From Bacteroidales bacterium (lineage in GTDB: Bacteria; Bacteroidota; Bacteroidia; Bacteroidales; VadinHA17), in NCBI GenBank assembly GCA_035531395.1, contig DATKTA010000006.1, positions 160,424 to 224,423 on the forward strand: a stretch of 64,000 nt of DNA. Direction: 5' to 3'. A model generated the notes under the pieces. The model had not been told where the DNA came from, searched no databases, and was given only the letters and a program-made list of their open reading frames with translations. Numbering within the stretch: position 1 is the first letter of the stretch; every line of letters begins with the position of its first letter. Below are positions 50,097 through 60,536 of the stretch, piece by piece. Made by a program: the position numbers and the translations under genes.

Positions 50097-52280
50097 TCAT
50101 TCAATTTTCAGATAGGCCCTGGCTGAGTTTTTTACACCTGTCTTTGAAGTAAATTCAACATTCAGAGTGAATTTTTCATCCTTTTCACAGGCAAGATCAT
50201 AAATAAAAGGAGACTCCCTGATTTCAGCAACCCTTTTGAAATCCCTGTAAATTGACACGGAAGCAATCTGGTCAGGATTGTCTGCAAAGGGAATTATCTG
50301 AATTGTTCCTTCTGCCCTGACCTTAGTCAGTTCGTCATGCCTTCCGCCCAGAAACATAAAATCAGCTACATCATTTTTAAGATAAAACATTCCCTGTAAT
50401 CTTGAGTCAGACATGATTTTAAAACCCGGATCTGTCAGGACATATTTGTCCTCTGTACCTGGGATCCTGTGTATGATCAGGCGTTGCATCCTTTCAACTG
50501 CCTCATTTTTTCTACCGGCATCGATCAGTTGAATAGTTAACAGCTGCTCTCCTTCAGGGAAATGCATCACTTCACTTAGAGCCGTTTGCTTCCCTGTTAT
50601 TTGAATTCTTGCAGAATCATATTTGGTATAAGCAAGGAATTTTGCCCCTGTATTCTCAGTTTTGGTGCTGTATCCAAGTTCCACCTGGTACTGACCTTTT
50701 TCTGCTACATCTATATTAAAGCTTATTGACCTTCCCGGGGAGGTCCATCCATCAAAGGTGAATGATGTCTGTTCTTGAGAATCCCCGGATCCTTTTATCT
50801 CAACATATCCATCGAGGTTAACTGGGGAACCTCTCTCTTCCCATTGTCCCACTTCGTAAACAGCCTGCCCGTATGCTCTTCCTCCTTTAAGAACTGCGTT
50901 AAACCATTTTTCAATTTCAATCCCCAGATTTTCTGTGACTTCAGGTTCATTATTTGCAATGTTTTTCTTCTCCAGCGGATCTTTATCCAGATCATATAGT
51001 TCATAGTAGACAGTATCCTGACCTCCATAATAACTGTCAAAGCGGATAAGTTTGAGGTTTTGGTGATGTACAGAGATCTGTCTTACCCTGGGGTGTTCTG
51101 TATTTATTTCAGCTCTGGGTATCAGGTAGAAATTTGTATTATCGAAGTAAAACCTGTTGTCCCAGTCTTTGATACTTTTTCCCTGTATAACCGGCCACAG
51201 GCTTTTACCTGCCAATGGAAGATTATCCCTGGGAACCTCAATTCCACAGGCATCAAGGATAGTCGGGAATATATCAATTATACCGGAGAGATTGCTGAAT
51301 TCCTTTCCTGCCGGTATTTTGTTTTTCCACATAACATAGAAGGGAGTGATTTCTCCACCCTCATATATTGATGCCTTGCCTCCCTTAAGAACTCTTTTCC
51401 ATGCACGTGACCGTTCTTCCTTTTCATTTTCGTTCATTCTGCGGTTGCTGTATTCAAGATCAAATCCCGGTGAGGGTCCGTCATCAGAAAGAAACATGAT
51501 CATGGTATTCTCTGCCAGGTCATTCTTTTCAACAGCGTCAAGTACTTTGCCAATATTTCTGTCAAAGAGCTCTATCATGCCATAAAGTCTTGCCACATGA
51601 TCGCTGTATCCCATCGATTTATATTTCTGAAACAGTTCATCAGGACAGTTATATGGTTCATGAACAGACTGAACAGGAACGTATGCAAAAAAGGGTTTGT
51701 CGCTGTTTTCATTGATGAAGCTGACAACTGCATCACCCAGAACATCTTCTACTGGTCCGTCTGTATTAACCAGCTTATTGTTGGATATTAACCTGGATTC
51801 CAGAAATTTGTACAAAACAGGGTGGATGCCTGTATCAAATCCACGGCTCCAGGAGAAATAGGAGTACGTTTTTCCGCTGTGCCATTTCCCAAAAGCTCCG
51901 GTAGTATAACCAGATTTCTTTAAAACATCAGCAATGGTGGTTTCATCTCTCCTTATAAAATCACGTCCGGCATGAACATCCCATACTCCTGTTTCAAGGT
52001 GATACCGACCAGTTAGTAGCGACGCCCTGGTAGGAGCAGAGGCCCCTGCACTCTGGTAAAACCTGGTGAACATGGAACCTCCGTTTGCAATTCTGTCAAT
52101 GTTAGGAGTCTTTATCTGTGTGTTTTCTTCAAAGCTTATATCGCCATAGCCGAAGTCATCTATAAGGAAGAGTATGACATTGGGCTTCATTTTATTATTA
52201 TCATCGACATTCTGATTTAAGTTACAGGATGACATTGCCGGTGTAAGTAAACAGATGAACGGAAGGAGGTTCTTATTCAT
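50097..52280 (-). CDS. Ser-type sulfatase lipoprotein with a C-terminal extension of about 230 aa
   Basis: Lipobox AMSSC, FLIDDFGYGD, formylglycine motif SAPTRASLLTGR (S-x-P-x-R), GKWH. Confidence 0.85.
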   Translation of the reverse strand: MNKNLLPFICLLTPAMSSCNLNQNVDDNNKMKPNVILFLIDDFGYGDISFEENTQIKTPNIDRIANGGSMFTRFYQSAGASAPTRASLLTGRYHLETGVWDVHAGRDFIRRDETTIADVLKKSGYTTGAFGKWHSGKTYSYFSWSRGFDTGIHPVLYKFLESRLISNNKLVNTDGPVEDVLGDAVVSFINENSDKPFFAYVPVQSVHEPYNCPDELFQKYKSMGYSDHVARLYGMIELFDRNIGKVLDAVEKNDLAENTMIMFLSDDGPSPGFDLEYSNRRMNENEKEERSRAWKRVLKGGKASIYEGGEITPFYVMWKNKIPAGKEFSNLSGIIDIFPTILDACGIEVPRDNLPLAGKSLWPVIQGKSIKDWDNRFYFDNTNFYLIPRAEINTEHPRVRQISVHHQNLKLIRFDSYYGGQDTVYYELYDLDKDPLEKKNIANNEPEVTENLGIEIEKWFNAVLKGGRAYGQAVYEVGQWEERGSPVNLDGYVEIKGSGDSQEQTSFTFDGWTSPGRSISFNIDVAEKGQYQVELGYSTKTENTGAKFLAYTKYDSARIQITGKQTALSEVMHFPEGEQLLTIQLIDAGRKNEAVERMQRLIIHRIPGTEDKYVLTDPGFKIMSDSRLQGMFYLKNDVADFMFLGGRHDELTKVRAEGTIQIIPFADNPDQIASVSIYRDFKRVAEIRESPFIYDLACEKDEKFTLNVEFTSKTGVKNSARAYLKIE

Positions 52281-52397
52281 AATGAGATGTTTTATATTAT
52301 CATAATTCCAAAGTGGATCTAATTGTTTTCAATATATTTGGATATTACACAACCAAATTATAAAAAAGAAGAAGAAAAAATACAAATCCCAGGAATT

Positions 52398-55247
52398 ATG
52401 AAGAAATACTTATTCTTTCTGATTATGACTGTTGCCTGTTCCCGCCAGGATAAGGATATTAATAGAATAATTTCACTTGCCGGCGAATGGAATTTCAAAA
52501 TTGATTCACTCGATCAGGGGATCAATGAGAGGTGGTATGACATGGTATTCTCAGAGACAATCAGACTTCCGGGATCAATGGCTGAAAACGGCAAGGGGAA
52601 TGATGTTTCTCTTAATACTAACTGGACCGGGGATATAATCGACAGGTCTTTCTTTACTGATAAGAAATATGAGAAATACAGACAGCCGGGAAATTTCAAG
52701 GTTCCTTTCTGGTTACAGCCAGTAAAATATTACAGGGGTCCGGCCTGGTATCAGAAAGAGTTCGTTTTACCACAAGAATTCCGAGGGGAGAGGACCTTCC
52801 TGTTTCTGGAAAGACCTCACTGGGAAACTACAGTGTATGTTAATGGTAAAAGGGCAGGCTCTGAGAACAGCCTGGCAGTGGCCCACAAGTACGATATTAC
52901 TGATTTCCTTACAGGTGGAAAGAACAGGATCAGCATACGTGTCAATAATGATATGGTAGTTCCTGTAGGTGTCAACTCCCATAGTGTGAGTGATCATACA
53001 CAGTCGAACTGGAACGGAATAGTTGGTGAAATCAGCCTTACGAGATCTGCACAGGTTTATATAGATGATGTGGCAATCTATCCGGATGTTGAAAACAAAA
53101 AATCAAAGGTTATAGTATCTGTCAGGAACAGATCGGGTAAAGCATTTAATGGAAGGATTGTTGTCAGGGCTGAAAGTTATAATACTGAAGAGCCTGTAAA
53201 GTTTAAGGGGGAAAGCATTATAGCTGCATCCGATTCCGGCTATTTTCAGATTATCATCGATTACCCGATGGGAAATAAAGTCCAGCCCTGGAATGAGTTT
53301 TCCCCTGTTCTTTACAGGCTGGAGGCCACACTCCGCGACCATGAAGGCAGGATCATTGATACCCGTAACAGCGATTTCGGGATGCGTGAATTCAAAGCCG
53401 ATGGAACACGATTTAAAATAAACGGCCATCCGGTTTTTCTAAGAGGGACACTTGAATGCTGCATTTTTCCTCTGACAGGTTATCCTCCTACAGATGTAAA
53501 ATCATGGGAAAGAGTATTGCAGACATGCAAAGATTACGGATTGAATACCATTCGTTTTCATTCGTGGTGTCCTCCCGAAGCTGCATTTACTGCAGCTGAT
53601 AAGCTTGGGATGTACTTTCATATTGAGTGTTCATCATGGGCCAACCAGGGTACACAGCTGGGAGAGGGCGGCATAATTGATGATTATATTTACAGGGAAG
53701 GAGACAGGATACTTAAAGCATATGGCAATCATCCATCATTCTGCATGCTTGCCTATGGAAATGAACCTGCAGGCAATAAGCAGAGTGAGTACCTAGGAAA
53801 ATTACTGACATACTGGAAGACAAAGGATAACAGGCATATGTACACTTCTGCCGCCGGCTGGCCATTTATTCCTGAAAATGAATATAACCTCTCCCCTGAG
53901 CCAAGAATTCAGTCCTGGGGAGGCGGCCTGAAAAGTATTATCAACCGTGAAGCTCCTCAGACAATGTATGATTACAGGGAGGTTATCTCCAGGTACAATA
54001 TTCCGGTAGTGAGTCATGAGATTGGCCAGTGGTGTGCTTATCCCGACTTCAGGGAGATTGATAAATATACCGGGGTATTAAAAGCACGGAATTTTGAGAT
54101 CTTCCGGGAGACTCTTCAGGAGAACAATATGGGTGATCAGGCCGAAGAATTCCTGATGGCCTCAGGCAAGCTCCAGGCATTATGTTATAAAGCAGATATT
54201 GAAGCAGCCCTTAGGACACCGGGATTCGCCGGCTTTCATCTCCTGCAGCTTCATGATTTCCCAGGACAGGGAAGTGCCCTGGTTGGGATACTAAATCCTT
54301 TTTTTGAATCGAAAGGATATGTAAAACCAGAAGAGTTCAGAATGTTTTGCAATTCAATTGTTCCCCTGGTAAGGCTTAAAAAGCATGTTTTCGGGAATAA
54401 TGAATCGCTGAATGCTGATGTGGAGATAGCCAACTTTGGAGCATCGGTAATGCAAAACAGTGTTATAGCCTGCAGGCTTATCAGCAACAGCAATGATACC
54501 GTTGCAACGAAGCTGATCGAAATGCCTGCAATTGAAATCGGAAACTGTATTCCGGCTGGATCATTCACATATAGTTTTGAAAATATAAGGGGTCCGGAAA
54601 AGTTGAGATTCGATGTATCCGTTGAAAACACACCCTATCATAACAGCTGGGATATATGGGTTTACCCGGCAGATATCAAGCCTGCTGCAGGATCTGTATT
54701 TATTACCGACAGGCTTGATAAGTCAGTCGAGTCGGTGCTGAGGAAAGGAGGATCGGTCCTGTTCCTGGGATACGGAAAAGTAGCACAGGATAAAGGCGCT
54801 GATATAGCAATAGGCTTCTCAAGTATATTCTGGAATACTGCCTGGACCAACAACCAGCCTCCTCATACACTTGGCATTTTGTGTGATCCGGGAAATCCTG
54901 CATTTAAAAGTTTCCCGACCGAGTTTCACAGTAACTGGCAGTGGTGGGATCCTGTTGCGCATTCGCAGGCTATGAGGATAGATGATCTGCCTGTATCGCT
55001 TAAGCCCATAATTCAGCCTATTGATGACTGGTTCAGGAACAGACGACTTGCGCTTGCATTTGAGGCACGTGCAAATGGTGGCAGAATAATAGTCTGCAGC
55101 ATTGACATGAAGGATCTTACGGATGAAAGGATCGTCACAAAACAGCTTATGTCTTCAATGCTGGATTATATGAACTCATCTTCTTTCAATCCTGGGACTG
55201 AAGTAGAACTGAATAAAATCCGGGAACTATTCAGAAAAGTCAGATAA
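52398..55247 (+). CDS. GH2-like clan GH-A glycosidase (sugar-binding jelly-roll plus TIM barrel)
   Basis: Lipoprotein signal MKKYLFFLIMTVAC. LAGEWNFK N-domain. TIRFHSWCPPE, acid/base-like AYGNEP, nucleophile-like VSHEIGQW. The track ORF starts upstream at 52323. Confidence 0.65.
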   Translation: MKKYLFFLIMTVACSRQDKDINRIISLAGEWNFKIDSLDQGINERWYDMVFSETIRLPGSMAENGKGNDVSLNTNWTGDIIDRSFFTDKKYEKYRQPGNFKVPFWLQPVKYYRGPAWYQKEFVLPQEFRGERTFLFLERPHWETTVYVNGKRAGSENSLAVAHKYDITDFLTGGKNRISIRVNNDMVVPVGVNSHSVSDHTQSNWNGIVGEISLTRSAQVYIDDVAIYPDVENKKSKVIVSVRNRSGKAFNGRIVVRAESYNTEEPVKFKGESIIAASDSGYFQIIIDYPMGNKVQPWNEFSPVLYRLEATLRDHEGRIIDTRNSDFGMREFKADGTRFKINGHPVFLRGTLECCIFPLTGYPPTDVKSWERVLQTCKDYGLNTIRFHSWCPPEAAFTAADKLGMYFHIECSSWANQGTQLGEGGIIDDYIYREGDRILKAYGNHPSFCMLAYGNEPAGNKQSEYLGKLLTYWKTKDNRHMYTSAAGWPFIPENEYNLSPEPRIQSWGGGLKSIINREAPQTMYDYREVISRYNIPVVSHEIGQWCAYPDFREIDKYTGVLKARNFEIFRETLQENNMGDQAEEFLMASGKLQALCYKADIEAALRTPGFAGFHLLQLHDFPGQGSALVGILNPFFESKGYVKPEEFRMFCNSIVPLVRLKKHVFGNNESLNADVEIANFGASVMQNSVIACRLISNSNDTVATKLIEMPAIEIGNCIPAGSFTYSFENIRGPEKLRFDVSVENTPYHNSWDIWVYPADIKPAAGSVFITDRLDKSVESVLRKGGSVLFLGYGKVAQDKGADIAIGFSSIFWNTAWTNNQPPHTLGILCDPGNPAFKSFPTEFHSNWQWWDPVAHSQAMRIDDLPVSLKPIIQPIDDWFRNRRLALAFEARANGGRIIVCSIDMKDLTDERIVTKQLMSSMLDYMNSSSFNPGTEVELNKIRELFRKVR

Positions 55248-55254
55248 TTTATGT

Positions 55255-56457
55255 TCAGGCCTGCATGAGCGTAATTTTCTTCCCGACAACTGAAAGGTTT
55301 TCGAGCACCATCTCCTCTGTGTACATGCCTGCAACCACAGCTGAAAGATCCTGGTTCTGAAGCGCCCAGAGAAAGGCCTTGACCTGTAATTTCATCTCTT
55401 CGGGAATAACGTGGTTCAATTTATTTACCCTCCATTCAGGAACCGGAACCTGAACAGGATCGTATGGTGTTGCCACAGCCATTGCTGCCTTCATCGCTAT
55501 GAGACCAATACCTTTATCCTTTGCCTTCCTGAGCATATGATCGAGAAAAGCATGGTTTATGACATTGTATGCAAGCAGGATCACATCGAAATAACCCAGC
55601 TCCATTGCGGTAGCAAGCAGATCGGCCATCCCATGATGAGTTGAGAAACCCAGGTGGCGAACTTTGCCCTGTTTTTTCAGCTCCCTGAATGTCTCGATGA
55701 TCACCGGACATTTTATCTCTTCGGGAGTTGCTGCAGCATGTGGGCAATGCAGAACATCAAAGTAATCGGTCCCGACTCTTTTCAAGGATTCTTCAACACT
55801 GGTGATTATCACGTTTTTTAACTCCTGGCTGTTTTCGACCCTTTCACCATATTCCTCCATCATGGCATTGCTGAGGAAAGCACCGTCCATCTGCTGCTGC
55901 TGACCCGGCCAGTAGACCATGAAGTATTCAGTCTTCTCAATGCCGCATTCAACCCGGCGTCTGTTTGCTTTATCCTGTATCTTCTCCTGCTTCGATCCGG
56001 GAAGTTTATCAAATATCTCCTTGTAAAGCCTGTTCCTTGTCGTGTAAAAGGGAGTGACCTTTGTTGCAATGAAAACTTTTTCTCTTTTTGAAGGAGTGTC
56101 AAATACCTTTGCCAGTGTTGTTTCAGCAAGTCCCCTGTTGTATGCCGGCGCCGTGTCGAAATAATTTATTCCCCTGTCAAACGCAATTTCAACAGGGCGG
56201 GTGTTATCAGGATTGTTCCTCTCTGTTCCGTAAACCAGTTCGGAAACCATAAACCCTGTTCTTCCAAGCTGCCTGTAAACCATTCCATCCTGTTTATTGC
56301 GCCATTCCTGCTTTACCTCAGGTGATCGTTCCGGGAAAAATATATTATCTGCCGAAGAGCTGTACCTGTTAAAAATAGGAACTGACAATGCTGCCAATGA
56401 ACTCTTTTGAAGGAATTCCCTTCTGCCTATTACAATTCTTTGTCGCTTTGAATCCAT
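55255..56457 (-). CDS. Tat-exported aldo/keto reductase
   Basis: Twin-arginine motif GRREFLQKSSLAALSV. AKR core GINYFDTAPAYN, HLGFSTH. Confidence 0.8.
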   Translation of the reverse strand: MDSKRQRIVIGRREFLQKSSLAALSVPIFNRYSSSADNIFFPERSPEVKQEWRNKQDGMVYRQLGRTGFMVSELVYGTERNNPDNTRPVEIAFDRGINYFDTAPAYNRGLAETTLAKVFDTPSKREKVFIATKVTPFYTTRNRLYKEIFDKLPGSKQEKIQDKANRRRVECGIEKTEYFMVYWPGQQQQMDGAFLSNAMMEEYGERVENSQELKNVIITSVEESLKRVGTDYFDVLHCPHAAATPEEIKCPVIIETFRELKKQGKVRHLGFSTHHGMADLLATAMELGYFDVILLAYNVINHAFLDHMLRKAKDKGIGLIAMKAAMAVATPYDPVQVPVPEWRVNKLNHVIPEEMKLQVKAFLWALQNQDLSAVVAGMYTEEMVLENLSVVGKKITLMQA

Positions 56458-56677
56458 ATTTCAATTAATTATGATCAGGTTAAAACATCAGGTTTTGTGC
56501 AGTTTTTTTACTTTTTGTAACCTTAAACAGGGAAATCATTCTGTTCAATAAGTATGTAAATTAAAAAATAAATCTCAAAAAAAGGTTGATTTATAATAAA
56601 AATCAAACTGGTTCAGTACGGATTTAATGCCTGTTTTTCTCTTTAATTCATATATTTAACATATAAATAAAATATCT

Positions 56678-57904
56678 ATGCGAAACCTGAAGAAATTAGC
56701 ACTGATATTAATATTGTCTTTATCAGCATTTCATGTGACAGGCCAGATATATCAATGGAGAGGTCCTAACAGGAACGGGATAATACCAGAAACAGGATTG
56801 TTGAGATCATGGACTGTTAAGGGCCCGGAGAGGGTGTGGTTCTATGAAGGCCTTGGTGACGGGCATGGAAGCATCGGTCCGGGAAAAGACAGGTTTTTCA
56901 TCCTGGGGATGGAGAATGGCAATGGGATGATCTTTTCATTTGACTATTCCGGCAGATTTCTTTGGAGAAAGAAATACGGACCTGAATGGACTGAGAGTTA
57001 TGTTGGACCCAGGTCAACACCTGTTGTAGTTGGCGATCATGTCTATTTCCAGAGCGGGCAAGGAGTAGTTTACTGCTTTAATTATTACATGGGCGAGGAG
57101 ATATGGTCGGTTGACCTGCAGAAAAAATTCGGAGGCCGCCAGATAACCTGGGGAATGACAGAGAACCTTCTTATCAAGGGTAACAGAATATTTTGTACAC
57201 CCGGAGGAGTAAAGAATAATGTCGTGGCTCTCGATCGTTTTACAGGAGAAACTATTTGGACAAGCCCCGGTAATGGAGAGCCGTCAGCCTATTGTTCATC
57301 TCTGTATGTCAGGCATAATCAGTCGGAACTGATAGTGACAATGACATCCGGATCGATAATTGGCATTGATGCCCGAACCGGAGAATTCTACTGGCAGGTG
57401 CCGCAGAACCAGTGGAACAAGATACATGCCAATACTCCGCTCTACTCAAATGGTGTGCTGTATTGTTCAAGTGAGCGTGATGAAAAGGTTTGCGGATTGG
57501 TTGCCCTGAAGCTATCCCAGGACGGTAAAAAGGTAACGGTGCTCTGGAGAAATGAGGAATATAAAAATCTTATGGGTGGAATTGTCCTGAAAGATGGGTT
57601 GATATATGGCTCTGTTTATAACGGAAGTAACTGGTGCTGTATTGATGCATCCGACGGGAAGATACTCCATTCATTCAGAGGATTCGGGGAGGGCAGTATC
57701 CTGTTGGCGGAAGGGCTGTTTTACTGTTACAGTACCAGGGGTGAGGCTGCGCTAATGACAGGCGACAGGAACAGCTTTAATGTGATTAGCAGGTTCAGAA
57801 TACCTTTTGGCGATGGGCCTCATTTTTCTCATCCGGTCATTTATGACGGGAGGATGTACATCAGGCATGGAAATGCGTTGATGGTATATAATATAAAGGC
57901 ATAA
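56678..57904 (+). CDS. secreted PQQ-like / BamB-like beta-propeller protein
   Basis: Signal peptide. YQWRGPNRNGI start. Repeated W-containing blades (EIWS, TIWTS, FYWQV). Confidence 0.65.
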   Translation: MRNLKKLALILILSLSAFHVTGQIYQWRGPNRNGIIPETGLLRSWTVKGPERVWFYEGLGDGHGSIGPGKDRFFILGMENGNGMIFSFDYSGRFLWRKKYGPEWTESYVGPRSTPVVVGDHVYFQSGQGVVYCFNYYMGEEIWSVDLQKKFGGRQITWGMTENLLIKGNRIFCTPGGVKNNVVALDRFTGETIWTSPGNGEPSAYCSSLYVRHNQSELIVTMTSGSIIGIDARTGEFYWQVPQNQWNKIHANTPLYSNGVLYCSSERDEKVCGLVALKLSQDGKKVTVLWRNEEYKNLMGGIVLKDGLIYGSVYNGSNWCCIDASDGKILHSFRGFGEGSILLAEGLFYCYSTRGEAALMTGDRNSFNVISRFRIPFGDGPHFSHPVIYDGRMYIRHGNALMVYNIKA

Positions 57905-57944
57905 TGGCGCAAAGGCACAAAAGCACAAAGGCGCAAAGGTATAA
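57905..57944. repeat. 5 x 8-nt word array starting at the first base after the TAA stop
   Basis: tggcgcaa aggcacaa aagcacaa aggcgcaa aggtataa. Confidence 0.8.
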
Positions 57945-58051
57945 GGTTCTTATTTCCCCTTTGAAGGGGTACCGATAGTTATCGCGAAGGGGGATGTCAA
58001 TAAGAAAGGAGACAGAAGTCGGAAGTGATTAAAATAACTAATGCCAGTATT

Positions 58052-60535
58052 ATGAACAGGATGGCTCTTCTCATCTTAACATCTCTGATATTTTACAGTT
58101 GCAGTGAAAGTAAAACTGATAGTGGTAAGTTTTCTTCCTTCGACCAGGCAAAGCTTCATCCTATTGAGATGAACAAGCCGGCGATAGATTTTTTTGACGG
58201 CGCGCTCCTGGGAAACGGAGGCATGGGAGCTGTTGTCACAACCCGCCCCGATGCAGTTGTTATATATTTCGGGCATAATAATGTATGGGATATACGTGTT
58301 TCTGAGAATAACAGAGAGAAGATCAAAACATTTGATTATGTCTTTAACAAGGTAAAAGCCATCCCCGATACTCTTGCTCTTCTGACCGACGATCCGTGGT
58401 ATGACGATTACAGCAGAATGGCTCAGGAAAATTACAGGAAACCATACCCCCGCCCATTTCCCTGCGGCTCTGTTCTCCTGGGTTTTGACCTGCGGAATGC
58501 AGAACTTCTGGGGCATAAGCTGGATGTATCAAATGGACTTTGCGAGATATATCTTCTTTCAAGTGAACGGAAGAAAATAAAGCTTCAGATCTTTACAGAT
58601 ATGAAGGATGATAAGCTCTGGATGAGGCTGACAGATGAAAATAACAACCCGGTCAAATCGATCTTTGACCGGATCCGGGTCATGCCTGATCCATCAACTC
58701 CCCGGGAATTCCCTTCTTACAATATTAACGAGGATCTGACCGGAGGGACACTTTCTTTCCGGCAGGTGCTTCCATACCAGGAACCTGATAAATACGATCT
58801 GAAAAAAGGCCATGTAAAGGACAAGGCCTTTTCCCTTTCATTTAAGGTAAACTCAGGTCTGTCAAAATCTTCCAGAATCAACTGGGATGGGAACGAAGAG
58901 TTTATGGGAAACCTTGAAGCCTCTTTAACTGACAGGTCAGGGTTTATCGGGTATGTTACTCTTGATGAAGGATTGAATACTTCACTCCTTAATGAAACTG
59001 TAAATCTGCCTGTCCCATCCATGGGGGACTTTAATGCTTCTCTTGAAGAAAGTAATTTATCATGGAAGGCATACTGGGAGAAATCGGGCGTTGAACTTGG
59101 AGATAAGTTCCTGGAAATGATATGGTACCATAATCTATATTTTCTTAATTGCGCCGTAAAGGAAGGAGTCAACACTCCGGGGCTTTTTGCAAACTGGAGC
59201 TATAACAACATAGGAACTGCCTGGCATGGCGATTACCATATGAATTATAATACCCAGCAGCCTTTCTGGGTGACTTTTTCCAGCAATCATCTCGAGAAAA
59301 ACCTGTCGTATGTAAGCCTGATTGAATTTCTTATGGATGTCAGCAGACGGTGGGCTAAAGAATATTACAAGCTTCCGGGAGCATATTTCCCGCACAGTGC
59401 TTACCCTGTTGATATGACAATGAATCCATATCCTGTTCCTCATTGGGGCTGGGAGATTTGTGAAACACCCTGGGCAGTGCAGGGATTATGGTGGCACTAT
59501 CTCTATTCCGGAGATATTGATTATCTCAGAAACAGGGGATTCCAGCCAATAAAAGAGGCGGTCGAGTTCCTTGTGGCTTACATGAAGAGGCCTGAAGCCA
59601 GGGGCCCTCAGTGGAATGATGATGATTACCATATTTTCCCTACGATCCCACCTGAACTATATGCCCTCAGGCCTGGTTTTAAATATAATTATGACTGCAC
59701 AGTCGATCTGACCCTGGTAAAATTCATTTTCAATGCATTTGAACAGGCGGTAAATGTACTTGGATTGCAGGAGCCGGAAAGAGATCTGCTCGCAAATACT
59801 AGAGATATTCTGGAGCATTATCCTGAATATCCTGTAGCAGAATCGGAAAAATATGGAAAAGTTATTGTTTCAGTGCCTGGCGAACACAGTCAAGTGGTTT
59901 ATAATGTGCCTAACGCACTTATAACAGTATTCCCTGGAGAAGACCATGGCTTACATTCAGATCCTGCAACGCTTGACCTGGTGAAGAATACATTTTTGAA
60001 TCAGCAGAATGAGGGCGGGAATGACCTGGTATTCAAAAATCTGCAGGCAGCAAGGATTGGCATGCTTGACCTGGAGAAATTCAGGAGACAAATAAACTAT
60101 TGCCTGCTTCCGAACGGTACTTCAGCCGACATGGCGATACAGGTGCATGGAAGGTATAATGACTTTGGCAGCTATGGATTCATGGACCATATGGGAGTCT
60201 GGTTTGAGAATTTTGCTCTTCCGGCAGTAATAAATGAATGCCTGATGCAGAGTTATAACGGAACCATACGTCTTTTTCCTAACTGGCCTATGGACGTGGA
60301 TGCTGAGTTCCGGGATCTGAGAGCTGCAGGGGCTTTCCTCGTTAATTCAAGGATGAAGAACGGGAAGATAGAGTTCGTGAGGATAGTAAGTGAGTCAGGC
60401 ACCGATCTGACAGTAATTAATCCCTGGAGCGGAGGCGCAAAAGTTATAACAGGAGATAAGGTTTTGAAGATAAAGACTAAAAAGATAGAAGTAGAAACGA
60501 TTAAGGGTGAGGAAATAATAATTAAACCTTTTTAA
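58052..60535 (+). CDS. GH95-like (alpha/alpha)6 glycoside hydrolase lipoprotein
   Basis: Lipobox IFYSC. N-domain motif LLGNGGMGAVV...VWD. Catalytic-domain-like WHGDYHMNYNTQQPFW. The track ORF starts at GTG 58025. Confidence 0.6.
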   Translation: MNRMALLILTSLIFYSCSESKTDSGKFSSFDQAKLHPIEMNKPAIDFFDGALLGNGGMGAVVTTRPDAVVIYFGHNNVWDIRVSENNREKIKTFDYVFNKVKAIPDTLALLTDDPWYDDYSRMAQENYRKPYPRPFPCGSVLLGFDLRNAELLGHKLDVSNGLCEIYLLSSERKKIKLQIFTDMKDDKLWMRLTDENNNPVKSIFDRIRVMPDPSTPREFPSYNINEDLTGGTLSFRQVLPYQEPDKYDLKKGHVKDKAFSLSFKVNSGLSKSSRINWDGNEEFMGNLEASLTDRSGFIGYVTLDEGLNTSLLNETVNLPVPSMGDFNASLEESNLSWKAYWEKSGVELGDKFLEMIWYHNLYFLNCAVKEGVNTPGLFANWSYNNIGTAWHGDYHMNYNTQQPFWVTFSSNHLEKNLSYVSLIEFLMDVSRRWAKEYYKLPGAYFPHSAYPVDMTMNPYPVPHWGWEICETPWAVQGLWWHYLYSGDIDYLRNRGFQPIKEAVEFLVAYMKRPEARGPQWNDDDYHIFPTIPPELYALRPGFKYNYDCTVDLTLVKFIFNAFEQAVNVLGLQEPERDLLANTRDILEHYPEYPVAESEKYGKVIVSVPGEHSQVVYNVPNALITVFPGEDHGLHSDPATLDLVKNTFLNQQNEGGNDLVFKNLQAARIGMLDLEKFRRQINYCLLPNGTSADMAIQVHGRYNDFGSYGFMDHMGVWFENFALPAVINECLMQSYNGTIRLFPNWPMDVDAEFRDLRAAGAFLVNSRMKNGKIEFVRIVSESGTDLTVINPWSGGAKVITGDKVLKIKTKKIEVETIKGEEIIIKPF

Positions 60536-60536
60536 A

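Noticed and set aside
52323-52397. N-terminal extensions of the GH2-like ORF, and likewise GTG 58025 for the GH95-like ORF and 23032 for DUF2271
   Set aside because: Internal Met codons at 52398, 58052 and 23053 give proper lipoprotein signal peptides. The upstream extensions are probably not translated.
57905-57944. Octamer arrays as a miniature CRISPR or tandem-repeat locus
   Set aside because: The units are only 8 nt, contiguous, with no spacers and no cas genes. This is not a CRISPR array.
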